Source: a virus. Taken from it: 34,531 nucleotides of DNA. A program made the translations under genes and the position numbers. A model generated the notes under the pieces. It saw only the letters and a program-made list of their open reading frames with translations, searched no databases and was not told the origin of the DNA. The stretch spans positions 1 to 34,531 of IMG/VR virus record IMGVR_UViG_3300027932_000003; one strand, written 5' to 3'. Shown here in pieces: positions 16,333 through 26,729 of this stretch (position 1 is its first letter; every line of letters begins with the position of its first letter).

Positions 16333-16608
16333 CTTATGTTTTTTAATCTTATTTGCTATATATACTGATTCTATAATTGAAAGAAGTGTTTCAAGTTGAA
16401 CATCATTATCGATAAGTACTCCAAAAAGATAACCAAAGAAAATAATTAAAGAATCCATACTTATTTTTTCATCTTTGTAGCTTTCTAAAAGATCATAAAA
16501 AGCATATTCTAGATAACTTACTTGTTTTTCTATAATTTTAAGTGAGTTTTCATCTGGATGAAAAGTTTCTTTAAAAACTTCTATTATTTTCTGTAAACCG
16601 GGATCCAT
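16327..16608 (-). CDS. hypothetical protein (93 aa)
   Basis: ATG ORF, convergent with 15874..16332. Confidence 0.5.
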   Translation of the reverse strand: MDPGLQKIIEVFKETFHPDENSLKIIEKQVSYLEYAFYDLLESYKDEKISMDSLIIFFGYLFGVLIDNDVQLETLLSIIESVYIANKIKKHKL

Positions 16609-16680
16609 ATATCATCAATATAAAAATTTTTATATGACAAATTTAAACATATATATGTCATAATTTTTAAGTTTAATTTG

Positions 16681-17064
16681 ATGAATTTTAGACAATCTGG
16701 AAAATATTATGAATATAAGACACTTAATTATCTTGAAAAACATGGCTATAAAGCTATAAGAATTCCAGTTTCTGGAACTGGAAAACAGCCAATTCCAGAT
16801 ATTATAGCAATTAAGGATAATACAATTTTTCCAATTGAAGTTAAATCAACTTCACAAAATTATGTTGTAATTGATAATTTTCAAATTGATAAATTGTTTA
16901 AGTTCTGTGAGATATTCAATTTTTGTAATTGTAAACCGTTAATACTAGTTCATTATAAAAAATATAAAAATGTCATAATATATAATTTGAGTCAAGATGT
17001 CAGAACAAAAGAAAAAATCAAATTTGCCTTCAGAGCTAACAGCAAAACTGTATTTAGCACTTGA
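16681..17064 (+). CDS. Holliday junction resolvase, Hjc-type (127 aa)
   Basis: ORF track start 16678 is TTG; ATG at 16681. RIPVSGTGKQPIPDIIAIKDNTIFPIEVKS shows the SG ... PD-IIA ... EVK nuclease core of archaeal Hjc; promoter atatatatGTCATAattt. Confidence 0.75.
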   Translation: MNFRQSGKYYEYKTLNYLEKHGYKAIRIPVSGTGKQPIPDIIAIKDNTIFPIEVKSTSQNYVVIDNFQIDKLFKFCEIFNFCNCKPLILVHYKKYKNVIIYNLSQDVRTKEKIKFAFRANSKTVFST

Positions 17065-17206
17065 CGATTTAACTATGGCATTAGCTACTTGTGATAGTGA
17101 AGAAATTAGAAAGAGTGAAGTTTTTCAAAAAGCTCTAGAAGTTGTGAAAATTGTAAAAGAAATGAGAAATGCTAAAATAAAATCTGATGAAGAAGAAAAA
17201 GCCTAA
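16997..17206 (+). CDS. hypothetical helical protein (69 aa), overlapping the 3' end of the resolvase gene
   Basis: ATG ORF in another frame overlapping 16681..17064 by 68 nt; plausible composition; uncertain. Confidence 0.3.
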   Translation: MSEQKKKSNLPSELTAKLYLALDDLTMALATCDSEEIRKSEVFQKALEVVKIVKEMRNAKIKSDEEEKA

Positions 17207-17213
17207 ATTTCAA

Positions 17214-17237
17214 TTTTTTTCAAGTTAAAGAGATAAC
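17214..17237 (+). repeat. T-tract + palindromic element, copy 5 (tttttttCAAGTTAAAGAGAtaac)
   Basis: Same motif family, directly after the stop at 17206. Confidence 0.35.
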
Positions 17238-17620
17238 ACATTTGGGTTATATCTTTTTATCTAAAATTTTTTTCTTTATAAATCTCGTTACGCTCTTTCT
17301 TTGCGTAAAATTACGTTAAGAAAAATAAAAATATCGAGAGATAAGAGTTTAAAAAGATTTCTTGTAAATTTACGACTTTAGTTTATATACTCATCATTAC
17401 AATTTGTTACGCAGTAAGCGAAATAAAAGATCATTAGATGAATTGAAAGTACGTGTTTGATTTCAAATTTCAATTTTTCATATCATAAAAAAATCGAAAA
17501 ATAAAAAAGTTTTTACTTCTTCAGTTGAAAACTTCAAAAAAAGGAAGAAGATTTTGACATAAAACAATTTTTACTTTTACAACAACATTTATAATTTTAT
17601 AATATATACATGATAATAAT

Positions 17621-20600
17621 ATGAGTTTCTTATTAAATCTTGGTGACCTAGGTACATTTTTTTCAGATGAGCTAACAGCATTAGAAAATTTTGCAAATTT
17701 CTTAAGCTCTGATTTTATAAACTTTTTTAGTGCAGTAGTTAATGATATTGAAAATGTTGTAAGTTTCATAGGTCAGGCAATTAGTGATATTCCAACTTTT
17801 ATGCAAAAAATTGCTAACAATTTCTTGACGATTTTGCAAAATTTTGTACAAACTGCAATTCCAGTAGTAAGTGGATTTTTAACATTTCTTGAACAACAAA
17901 TTATAAATGTATTTCAAGATTTATCTTCTTTAGCTTCTACATTTATAAACGATGCATATTCATTTTTACAGGGTGTTGTAAATGCATTTGCAAATTTAAT
18001 AAGTACAATAGTTCAAGATTTCTTAAATAATTTTGGTCAAAATATGAAACATATTAGTTCTGCAATTTCTCAACTTACTCAATTTTTAACTCCATTTATT
18101 GCACCAATTACAATTGGTAAATTTTTGCCAGCAATAATAGATAAATTAGCTGAAATTTTGCCAGAAGTTGAAATAGATTTAGCACCTGTTGGTCTAGGCG
18201 GAAAAATTCCAATTAACTTTGGAGAAATTGTAAAAGCGTTTGCTGAAACTGCGGTAGACTTTTTTGATGAAGTTAGACAAGAAATACAAACTACGCTTAA
18301 GGAGTTTATAAAAGAGCCATTTATTTCAGATTTTAAAATTACTGCTAGAGAAATATTTAATGAAATTGGACTTGGAGATTTGCCATTTGCAGATCCTCCA
18401 TTTAGATTAATTGCAAATTGGGTCGGAGCAAGATCATTTTCCGAAATAAAAGACCATCTCAGGGAAACAATTTTATTGACCGGTTTTCCAGCATGGTTTA
18501 CTGATGCTTATCTAGAATCTCCTGCAGATGATTATATACCTAAAAATCCATTATTTAGACCAGTAAATATAAGAGATGTAATTTTAGCGTCTCAATACGG
18601 TTTTCTGAATTTTGATGCAGTTTCGCAATATGCAGAAAATAATTTAATAACTCCAAAAACTGCAAAATTAATGTATCAAAATGAGACTGCTAGACTTTTG
18701 CAAAGAGCAGTTGAGGAAGGCATTCGTCAATTTATAGTCACCCCAGAAAAAGCTTATCAAGAAATAATACAAAATGTCAATTTAGCAGGCAAAGACTTAT
18801 ATTTAAAAGTTTTTACTTTAGAGTATAATTATTCAGTTCAAAGAATTGTCAGACAATTTTTAAGATCACTTTTGTCGAGAGCTTTAACGAATTTTGGAAG
18901 ACCTTACATTGATCTAAAATTCCTAGAATCAACAGTTCAAAAATTATTTAAAGAATTAAATTATCCTGAAGAAGTTCAAAATGTTTTTAACGTTATGATT
19001 GAACAATCTCAAATTGTGTATACTAATCAATTACTTTTAACACAATTAGAACAAATTACCAGATTAGGAATATTTGATGAGAAAAAGATAAAAGCGGATT
19101 TAAAAGCTAATAACTTTAATGAACAAATAGCACTAACAATTTTGAATTATGAACTTCAATATGTACAATTACAACATATTCTAAAAGAGTTTCAGTTCAA
19201 ACTACAAAATTACATTATTAGTTCAAAAGATGCAGAAAAAGAGTTAAAACATCTAGGTTTTGATTCTTCTATAATCTCTGAGATAATTTTTGAATATCAA
19301 ACAGCTCCATTAACAAAATATCAAATTAGTCAAATTGAAAATTTAGCAAAGAAAGGATATTTATCAGTTGATGAAATTAAAAAACAATTAAATTCTCTTA
19401 AAGTAATTAAAGAATTTGAAGACATATTTATCAATTACACAAATCAAGAAATTCAAATATCATCAATTTTGAGTATTGCAAAAGAACAATTGAGAAACTT
19501 CTTGATAGATTTGAAAACTGTAGAAAATGAATTAAAAGCGTTAAAAATTAATGATTATTTAATAAACGAGGTAATTCAAGAAGAATACAATATAAATATT
19601 GCTAAATTACAATTATCATATATAGAAACTTTAGCTAAGAATTTATACTATGATCAAGCTCAATTAGCTGGAGAATTATCTAAAATTTTGAAAGATAAAA
19701 CTGCAATAGATCTTTATACTCAAAAATTCTATTATGAATATGTATTTCCAAAAATAGTTAACTATTACGTAAGTTTAGCAAGACATGGAATAATTGGAAA
19801 TATTAAAAATTTACCAAAAGAAATTGTAGATTATGAAATTAATCCAGAAATCCAAATTTTTCAACTTACAACAGAATTAGAATATATAAAGTCTTTATTA
19901 AAAGATTTACAAATAACTCCAACAAATGCTGAAAATGAGTTAATAAAATTAGGAATGCAAAAAGATATAGCTAATTTGTTTGTACAAACTTATGTACCAA
20001 CATTTTATAGTTTACATACTATAATTGGAAATGTTGTGCAAGGTCAACTTTACAAAGTAGGAAAAATTCCAATTAATTTAGGAAATGCAGAACAACAATT
20101 AAGACAATTAGGAATTCCAGATAATCAAATTAAAGTTTTATTAAACCAATATGCCTCTTCATTTGGCTTAGAAATTTGGAGGAAATTCTTACCTTCACTT
20201 TCTCAAATTGAAACTGCAATAAAATATAACTTTCCAATTAGTCAATTAGTTGAATATTCATTTATACCTTCTGAATTTCTAAATCTTTACACTAATTTAT
20301 ATCAATATGAGCTAATTGGACAATATGTACAATCTCTAAAGACAGAATATGTAGAATTATTAGTTTATGGAGTTCAAAATATACAATTAGAAAGTTTATT
20401 AAAACAATACGGAATAAATGAAACATTATTAGGAGTTTTCAAATTATCAGCTCAAATTAGAAAAATATTAACGGCTTACCAAGAGCTTTACATCACCCCA
20501 TCTAAAGCACTCACAATTAGCGAATATATTAGTAATCCTAATCAATTATTACAAAAAGTATTTAGTGAATTTCAAGTTCCTAGTGATTTACAAAATACTT

Positions 20601-20797
20601 ATCTCGAGTATGCAAGAAATAGGAGATTAAGGACTTACGTAAACGACATAATTTCAACAATCAATTTACTATTTGAAAAGCAGAAAATTGATTTAAATAC
20701 CGCACAATCATATTTGCAACAATTAAAACAATATGGTTTAACTAATGAAGAAATACAATTAATATTGTTAAACTGGCAATTGAGATCTAACTACTAA
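17621..20797 (+). CDS. large virion-associated structural protein, predominantly helical (1058 aa)
   Basis: Single uninterrupted ATG ORF of 3.2 kb; size matches the roughly 1070-aa rudivirus minor structural / terminal fibre protein (from memory). Confidence 0.75.
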   Translation: MSFLLNLGDLGTFFSDELTALENFANFLSSDFINFFSAVVNDIENVVSFIGQAISDIPTFMQKIANNFLTILQNFVQTAIPVVSGFLTFLEQQIINVFQDLSSLASTFINDAYSFLQGVVNAFANLISTIVQDFLNNFGQNMKHISSAISQLTQFLTPFIAPITIGKFLPAIIDKLAEILPEVEIDLAPVGLGGKIPINFGEIVKAFAETAVDFFDEVRQEIQTTLKEFIKEPFISDFKITAREIFNEIGLGDLPFADPPFRLIANWVGARSFSEIKDHLRETILLTGFPAWFTDAYLESPADDYIPKNPLFRPVNIRDVILASQYGFLNFDAVSQYAENNLITPKTAKLMYQNETARLLQRAVEEGIRQFIVTPEKAYQEIIQNVNLAGKDLYLKVFTLEYNYSVQRIVRQFLRSLLSRALTNFGRPYIDLKFLESTVQKLFKELNYPEEVQNVFNVMIEQSQIVYTNQLLLTQLEQITRLGIFDEKKIKADLKANNFNEQIALTILNYELQYVQLQHILKEFQFKLQNYIISSKDAEKELKHLGFDSSIISEIIFEYQTAPLTKYQISQIENLAKKGYLSVDEIKKQLNSLKVIKEFEDIFINYTNQEIQISSILSIAKEQLRNFLIDLKTVENELKALKINDYLINEVIQEEYNINIAKLQLSYIETLAKNLYYDQAQLAGELSKILKDKTAIDLYTQKFYYEYVFPKIVNYYVSLARHGIIGNIKNLPKEIVDYEINPEIQIFQLTTELEYIKSLLKDLQITPTNAENELIKLGMQKDIANLFVQTYVPTFYSLHTIIGNVVQGQLYKVGKIPINLGNAEQQLRQLGIPDNQIKVLLNQYASSFGLEIWRKFLPSLSQIETAIKYNFPISQLVEYSFIPSEFLNLYTNLYQYELIGQYVQSLKTEYVELLVYGVQNIQLESLLKQYGINETLLGVFKLSAQIRKILTAYQELYITPSKALTISEYISNPNQLLQKVFSEFQVPSDLQNTYLEYARNRRLRTYVNDIISTINLLFEKQKIDLNTAQSYLQQLKQYGLTNEEIQLILLNWQLRSNY

Positions 20798-20828
20798 ATA
20801 AATTTGTCATATTTTTTAGTTTTTACAC

Positions 20829-21644
20829 ATGAGCGTTAATTTGTGTCATTATGAGGCAGAAAATATAAGTTATAAAGATTTAGAAAATCTTCAAGGTATG
20901 ATATATTATGAAATAAAATATGATGGTACACATATATGTTTAAAATATGAAAATGAACTAAAAATTAATACTAGAAAAGATATACCTCATGATAAAACAT
21001 TTCAGAATTTGTTTTATCAAGTTCCAAATATTGATGAAATTATAAAATATATAAAAGAACATAACAATTATATAATACATGGGGAACTTATACATAAAAA
21101 GACATCAGCACTACAAATCCATACAAATGAAACTCCAGAATTTATAATTTATGATGTCTTTGACAAAGAGAACAACAGATATTTAAGTCCGCTTGAAGTT
21201 GATAGTGAAATTTACGAATGGTATCCAGAAATTTGTTTAGATTTAGATGATTTACTTGATATTATAACTAAAGAAAAACTTGAGGGCTTAGTAGCTAAAA
21301 TCTATAATCCGAAATTTGCAAATTGTAAAGAAGGCAAAAACTTCAACTTATGCGTTTATAAATACAAACCGTATTTTTCAACTTTAGGAGTAATATTTAA
21401 GCCCGTTAGAAAAGAAATTGATGTTAGACAATTAGCGTTTCTTCTCGGCGAAATAGATAATGATTTAAAGAATAATAAAGATGAATGGTATAATAATCAT
21501 CCAGATTTGCTAAGATTCTTACTAAATAATAAAGATAAAATACTTCAACTTTTGCAAAATAAAAACTTTATACTACAAGTTGAGAAAGAAACACATTTAA
21601 ACATTAAGAAAATTGAAGAATACATTAAAAATTTCAAGAGATAA
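20829..21644 (+). CDS. hypothetical protein (271 aa)
   Basis: ATG ORF; promoter aaataaatttGTCATAtt. Confidence 0.6.
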   Translation: MSVNLCHYEAENISYKDLENLQGMIYYEIKYDGTHICLKYENELKINTRKDIPHDKTFQNLFYQVPNIDEIIKYIKEHNNYIIHGELIHKKTSALQIHTNETPEFIIYDVFDKENNRYLSPLEVDSEIYEWYPEICLDLDDLLDIITKEKLEGLVAKIYNPKFANCKEGKNFNLCVYKYKPYFSTLGVIFKPVRKEIDVRQLAFLLGEIDNDLKNNKDEWYNNHPDLLRFLLNNKDKILQLLQNKNFILQVEKETHLNIKKIEEYIKNFKR

Positions 21645-21725
21645 CAATACTTAGATCAAGTCATATACATAATATTATGTATAAGTTATGTGTACTTATT
21701 TTTGTCAACTCATTAATTTTTTCAT

Positions 21726-23474
21726 ATGAGCTTACCGTACAAAGTGCGTTTTAAATTACCACTTGAATTTCTGACTTTACAAGATTGGAATAACTTTGTC
21801 AAAAATCTGTTGTTCATTAATCAATATGGCCCAGGAAAATTATTACAATATTATCAAAATGGCAATTTTCAAAATCTAAATGATGTAATTGCAAAATATC
21901 TATATGTTTCAGCTTTGAAAGTTATGGGATATAACGTTTTGCATAATTTATCAACACCACAGGCTTATACATTCGGTGAAGGAAATCAACAGCCATTTAA
22001 AACCATGTCAAATAGACCAACTGTTAGTTTTCCATATTCAATACCATTTGAATTTATACAATTTTATCCGATATCTAAATTGCCTAACTATCAATTCCCA
22101 GTTTTTCCAATTTCAAAATTACAAGTTCAATTATCACAAGTTAGTAAACAATTACAATTATTAATTCCCAAACTCATAAGTAAAATTATAACTCCTAACG
22201 GAATTGCAGGTACTCAATTTCAATTTTCTGGAACTGCAACTGTTGAAGATTTAGTAAATAATTATTTAAATCCACAATATTTACAAACTTGGAGAGAAAT
22301 AATAATACAAAATTTAGGCAGTTCTGCAGTTCAAATTAATAATTCGATTTATTTAATGCCTAAAAATTGTTTAAAAATAACTGCAAGTTCTCCATCTGAA
22401 ATTCAATTAACTGCACAAACTCCAACTTTGCTAAGTGAAGAAATTGAATTTGTTGGAACTACTGGAACTCCCATAACTACTTATACAATTACTATAACAA
22501 ATAATCAGGCTAACCCTACTCCGTCACCGTTTCAGCAATTACTAAATTTAAATTTATCATCACTTTTATCAAGTCCTAGTCAATTTTCAAATTTAGAATT
22601 TTGCTTAGACGTTCAATGTAATACGCCTCTTTATGCATATGTTGAAAATTATAGTTCTAATTTATCAACTGTTTATATTTGGATAAATTTACCAACTTCA
22701 ATACCGGCAAACGGTTCATTAACTATCTATATGTTTATCAGAAATACAAATCAATATCCTTATACTGGAATTTCCCCATTAGTTGCACAACAATTATCAT
22801 TAACTGGAAATTATGATAATGGAACTAATGTATTTCCATATTATCAAAGTTTTGCAAATTTATCAGCTTTACCATCTGGTTGGGGATTAGTATATAACTC
22901 AGCTTCTAATTCTTTATTATTTCAAACATATTATTTGGAAATTACAAATGCTAATTTCAATAATGGAATAACACAAAGTTCATCACCAAATCTTGAAAAT
23001 TTAGTAGTTGATTTCCTAGTTCAATTAAATTCATTTAGTGGAACTCGTAGTTCTGTTATTGGAATCGGCTTAGGTCAAGCTAATACAAGATCAACTTATT
23101 TTATTGGCGGTGGCGGTGGGGCAGTTATCGGCAATAATTCAGACGGTGTAGCTTTTGGATATGATAATGTTGGTACAACAAATATACTTTATGAATATGT
23201 TGGCACTAGTAATGTTAATAGTTTCTCAGTATCAACAAGTGCAGTACTTCTCGGTATTGGTTTAGCACCGTCTGAAACATATTTCTATTATAATTATCAA
23301 ATTCAATATAGTTCAATTGATATTCCTGGAACATTTAGTTTGCCTATAACTGTAATTTTCCAATCAACACCTACAGATATGTATTTATATGCAATAAAAA
23401 CAAGAAATTTACCGCCAAACGGGGTAATGCCTTCAAATTCTCAACCGCAAAAGACAATAATTCTAATTACGTGA
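21726..23474 (+). CDS. putative minor structural protein, S/T/N/Q/G-rich (582 aa)
   Basis: ATG ORF; composition with Gly run GGGGGAVIGNNSDG; size class of a rudivirus minor structural protein. Confidence 0.6.
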   Translation: MSLPYKVRFKLPLEFLTLQDWNNFVKNLLFINQYGPGKLLQYYQNGNFQNLNDVIAKYLYVSALKVMGYNVLHNLSTPQAYTFGEGNQQPFKTMSNRPTVSFPYSIPFEFIQFYPISKLPNYQFPVFPISKLQVQLSQVSKQLQLLIPKLISKIITPNGIAGTQFQFSGTATVEDLVNNYLNPQYLQTWREIIIQNLGSSAVQINNSIYLMPKNCLKITASSPSEIQLTAQTPTLLSEEIEFVGTTGTPITTYTITITNNQANPTPSPFQQLLNLNLSSLLSSPSQFSNLEFCLDVQCNTPLYAYVENYSSNLSTVYIWINLPTSIPANGSLTIYMFIRNTNQYPYTGISPLVAQQLSLTGNYDNGTNVFPYYQSFANLSALPSGWGLVYNSASNSLLFQTYYLEITNANFNNGITQSSSPNLENLVVDFLVQLNSFSGTRSSVIGIGLGQANTRSTYFIGGGGGAVIGNNSDGVAFGYDNVGTTNILYEYVGTSNVNSFSVSTSAVLLGIGLAPSETYFYYNYQIQYSSIDIPGTFSLPITVIFQSTPTDMYLYAIKTRNLPPNGVMPSNSQPQKTIILIT

Positions 23475-23481
23475 TGAAAAA

Positions 23482-24456
23482 ATGTCTGGCCCAGTGACTG
23501 TCTCACGAATACCGCAACCATCATTTCCATGCAAAGCAGTCTATAAAATTGCTAATTTATTATCTCCAGTAACTAAATATTCATTAATTTCCTCTTCCTT
23601 ATGGAACGAAATTGTTCAAGATTTATATCTAACTTATAGTGTATTCAAATATATTAACTATTTATCTCAATATCCATATCCAGAATATATACAGCCTGCA
23701 ATTGATGAATTTCTAAACTTTCCTTATCAATTTACGCCTTATTCATTTACGCCTCTATTGATTGCACAAAAAGGAATTCCGTTAACCGCAGATGAATTTA
23801 ATAAACTTATTGATGCAATTACAGAATTAGCGAATAAATCCAATATTAAACTAAAATCACAACTAAATCACGTTCAACGTGATCAAATTGTTAGATCTTC
23901 ACAATTTTCAAATATAATTTATGCGGTAAATCAGTTACTAACTTTCAATCATAATCAGTACTTTCTACTTAGTTGTACAGGTTATGAATTTAGTAATTTA
24001 TTAAGTAAGCAAAATACATTTCTGAATGTGTTAATTGAAAATTTAAAATATAGCATTACTATTCCCTCAAATACTTATATTAAAAACTTCTTAATATATC
24101 AAACTTCAGAACTTATTATTAGTTACGGTTCAATTGCAAACTTAGTAATTAAAATAAATTTTGGAGGAATATTGTTATATAATTATTCATATATAAATTC
24201 AGTAAATATAGAAACTGATAATGACGGAATGCGTTTTACTGGTCATACATCAGCTAATACAATCACTATTCAAACTGAAAATGGAGGTATTTTTTTATAT
24301 GATGATTCATATGTAAACACTTTATATGTAGAAAATAATGTTGCAGGAATATATTTATATAATAATGCGATAATAGAAAATTTAATTTGTAAACAAAATT
24401 CTGGAGGAGTATATGTTTCTGGGAATGCAAAAATTATAAATAATCAATGTGCTTAA
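23482..24456 (+). CDS. hypothetical protein with C-terminal beta-helix-like repeats (324 aa)
   Basis: C-terminal roughly 100 residues carry repeats GGILLYNYSYINSVNIE / GGIFLYDDSYVNTLYVE / AGIYLYNNAIIENLICK / GGVYVSGNAKIINN. Confidence 0.6.
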   Translation: MSGPVTVSRIPQPSFPCKAVYKIANLLSPVTKYSLISSSLWNEIVQDLYLTYSVFKYINYLSQYPYPEYIQPAIDEFLNFPYQFTPYSFTPLLIAQKGIPLTADEFNKLIDAITELANKSNIKLKSQLNHVQRDQIVRSSQFSNIIYAVNQLLTFNHNQYFLLSCTGYEFSNLLSKQNTFLNVLIENLKYSITIPSNTYIKNFLIYQTSELIISYGSIANLVIKINFGGILLYNYSYINSVNIETDNDGMRFTGHTSANTITIQTENGGIFLYDDSYVNTLYVENNVAGIYLYNNAIIENLICKQNSGGVYVSGNAKIINNQCA

Positions 24457-24933
24457 CTATAATTTACAAAATACAAATTCTCTATTATCATCAGTTATAA
24501 AAGTTAGAATTGTTCCATATAATTTTTTCATTAACTCAAAGCGGTTTTCAGTCCAGTCATGAATAGCAATACAATATTGTTTATACTTTTGTAATTCTTC
24601 AATTTTCAGATTCTTTTCACAGCCTTCACAATCCATAACTAAAATGTCAGTGTCAGGATATTGATTTCCAGTCCATTCCCCATTTATCTCAACTTTATCA
24701 CAAATATTAAATTCTTTACAAACTTTTTCCTTAAATCTCTTGTTTAACTCATCACTTTTTTCAAAACCAATTACTTTTTTAGCATTCTTAAGAAGAAAAT
24801 ACAAAGCTGAACTTCCACAATCATTTCCGATTATCGTAATTGTCTTATCTTTTACGTCTAATTTTCCATAAGCTAAATCAAATTCATGCCAATAGCAACA
24901 TTCCAATTTACAAAAATAATCTTTATAATCCAT
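24457..24933 (-). CDS. SAM-dependent methyltransferase, FkbM-like (158 aa)
   Basis: TIIGNDCGSSALYFL ... KKVIGFEKS resembles FkbM-family motif I and the acidic end of beta-2; DILVMDCEGCE further on. Confidence 0.5.
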   Translation of the reverse strand: MDYKDYFCKLECCYWHEFDLAYGKLDVKDKTITIIGNDCGSSALYFLLKNAKKVIGFEKSDELNKRFKEKVCKEFNICDKVEINGEWTGNQYPDTDILVMDCEGCEKNLKIEELQKYKQYCIAIHDWTENRFELMKKLYGTILTFITDDNREFVFCKL

Positions 24934-24953
24934 AACATCACCTAATTAAGAAA

Positions 24954-25883
24954 TTAGGAACTAATAACTTCAAATAATGCATAAACTGTACATTTTCCAG
25001 TTGCCCAGGCATAAATATTTGAAGGATTATTTACATGAATTTCTATTGAATCATTTTGTAAAATCGGGAAGTTATTATATAGATTATTGCCAATATAAAC
25101 GATATAATTACTGAGATTTTGGAGAATTATTCTTACAGTTTCTATGGATGGGCCTGTGTACAAAGGTGAAGGAGTAGTAGAAACATCTAATTGTAGACCT
25201 TCTATAGTTGGTGGACTTAAGTATAAACCAAGTTTATTAATTGTATTTGTCAAACCGACAGTTGCTAAATATACATATGTCAAAGTATAAGCTAAAGAAT
25301 CAGCAACAAAATAAATAGCACTTTGTAACGAAATTCCTAATCTCTTAGCTATTGAATTTATAGTTTCATAAAATGAAATATAGAAATTCTGTAAATCTTC
25401 TTTTATAATTGTCCTAGATTGTTCAATATTTGAAATTAAATAATTAACAACATTATAAATTGTTTCATATAGAGCAATTGTATCTTTCTCTAAAATTGAA
25501 GTGGCAGTCGGAACGGCAACTACAATTTTTTCATAAATTTCTTCTGGTAATTTAACAATTGAATAATAAAGTTGTTGATTTGAGTATAATATTGAATTTA
25601 TTTGTTGATTTGCAGTTGCTATAAAACCTGCAATGTATATTGGATCAAGTTCAGTTAGCACAGGCTGACCAGAAACGTAAACCTCATCATAGAAAAATCC
25701 AGAATCTGCAGTAATTGAATTTGGAACTGTAAGATTACCGTTTTTCAAAATTGAAGTAACTGCATTTCCGCCAGTTTCATAAAGCTGAATTAGCAAAAGT
25801 GATGCAGTATTCCACATTGAAGATGTTAATCTCTGAAACGGTGACGCAAGTAATTCGCTAATTGAAGTATATGTAACGCTCAT
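24954..25883 (-). CDS. hypothetical protein (309 aa)
   Basis: ATG ORF; no motif recognised. Confidence 0.6.
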   Translation of the reverse strand: MSVTYTSISELLASPFQRLTSSMWNTASLLLIQLYETGGNAVTSILKNGNLTVPNSITADSGFFYDEVYVSGQPVLTELDPIYIAGFIATANQQINSILYSNQQLYYSIVKLPEEIYEKIVVAVPTATSILEKDTIALYETIYNVVNYLISNIEQSRTIIKEDLQNFYISFYETINSIAKRLGISLQSAIYFVADSLAYTLTYVYLATVGLTNTINKLGLYLSPPTIEGLQLDVSTTPSPLYTGPSIETVRIILQNLSNYIVYIGNNLYNNFPILQNDSIEIHVNNPSNIYAWATGKCTVYALFEVISS

Positions 25884-26014
25884 ACTATTTTTATCCCATC
25901 ATGACCTAAAAAACTATTCACAACTAATTCATAATATTATGAATATAGCATGTCCTCATTGATCTCATCAGAAACCAAGATAACTAATATTTGTCATAAC
26001 TTGAGAAGAATATT

Positions 26015-26620
26015 ATGAAAATCTTCACATTTGCAGGGTTTACAAAACATCTAAAGGAATTGGATTTTGATTATGTTGTCTTGGATAAAACTTTTAATGA
26101 TATAACTCCCCAGTTAATCGAAAAATTTAGAGATAAGATAATCTGGAATGAAACAAATAGTGATATAAGAGCCATAAGGATAGCTAAACAATTACTAAAA
26201 ATTCTAGAAATAGCAAAAGATCAAGATGATGACATATTTGCTATAGTAGATAGTGATCTAATTGTTCCAAATTTGAGAAATATTGACCCTAACGATAAAA
26301 TTTTAACTTTGTGCTATTGGCTTTATTACGACTGGGCTAATGAAATTAGACCATTTTGTTCAGGAACAAATTACATTTTTAATAAAAAACATATTGTAAT
26401 TTTAGAAACTGCAATAAATGTTTATTTAGAAAAAGAATATTATAAAGAATTTTCAGTGGATATATTTCTACATGACCATATTTTGCATATAAACGTCTTG
26501 AAGTTAGGAACTATCCATTATGTAAAAACTCCAGAGGGAGAGAAAAAAATGGAATTTACATTTGAAAATATAAATCAAGTGTTTAAACATATTCCAGAAT
26601 TTGTTTTAATATCTTGGTGA
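26015..26620 (+). CDS. hypothetical protein with DxD-like motif (201 aa)
   Basis: ATG ORF; promoter tatttGTCATAacttgag; IVDSDLIV could be a DxD nucleotide-sugar motif (weak). Confidence 0.5.
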   Translation: MKIFTFAGFTKHLKELDFDYVVLDKTFNDITPQLIEKFRDKIIWNETNSDIRAIRIAKQLLKILEIAKDQDDDIFAIVDSDLIVPNLRNIDPNDKILTLCYWLYYDWANEIRPFCSGTNYIFNKKHIVILETAINVYLEKEYYKEFSVDIFLHDHILHINVLKLGTIHYVKTPEGEKKMEFTFENINQVFKHIPEFVLISW

Positions 26621-26729
26621 GGTCAAATATGGAGTTCTTTAATTCAGAATTGAGACCGAACCAGTCCAAACTTAAAGTTAAAGACATTAAAATGTCATTT
26701 TTTAAATTTTGAATTAAGGACGTGGTAAA

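Noticed and set aside
17521-17769. 82-aa minus-strand ORF
   Set aside because: Antisense over the promoter and start of the 1058-aa gene; no promoter of its own.
21976-22164. 62-aa plus-strand ORF
   Set aside because: Nested in another frame inside the 582-aa gene.
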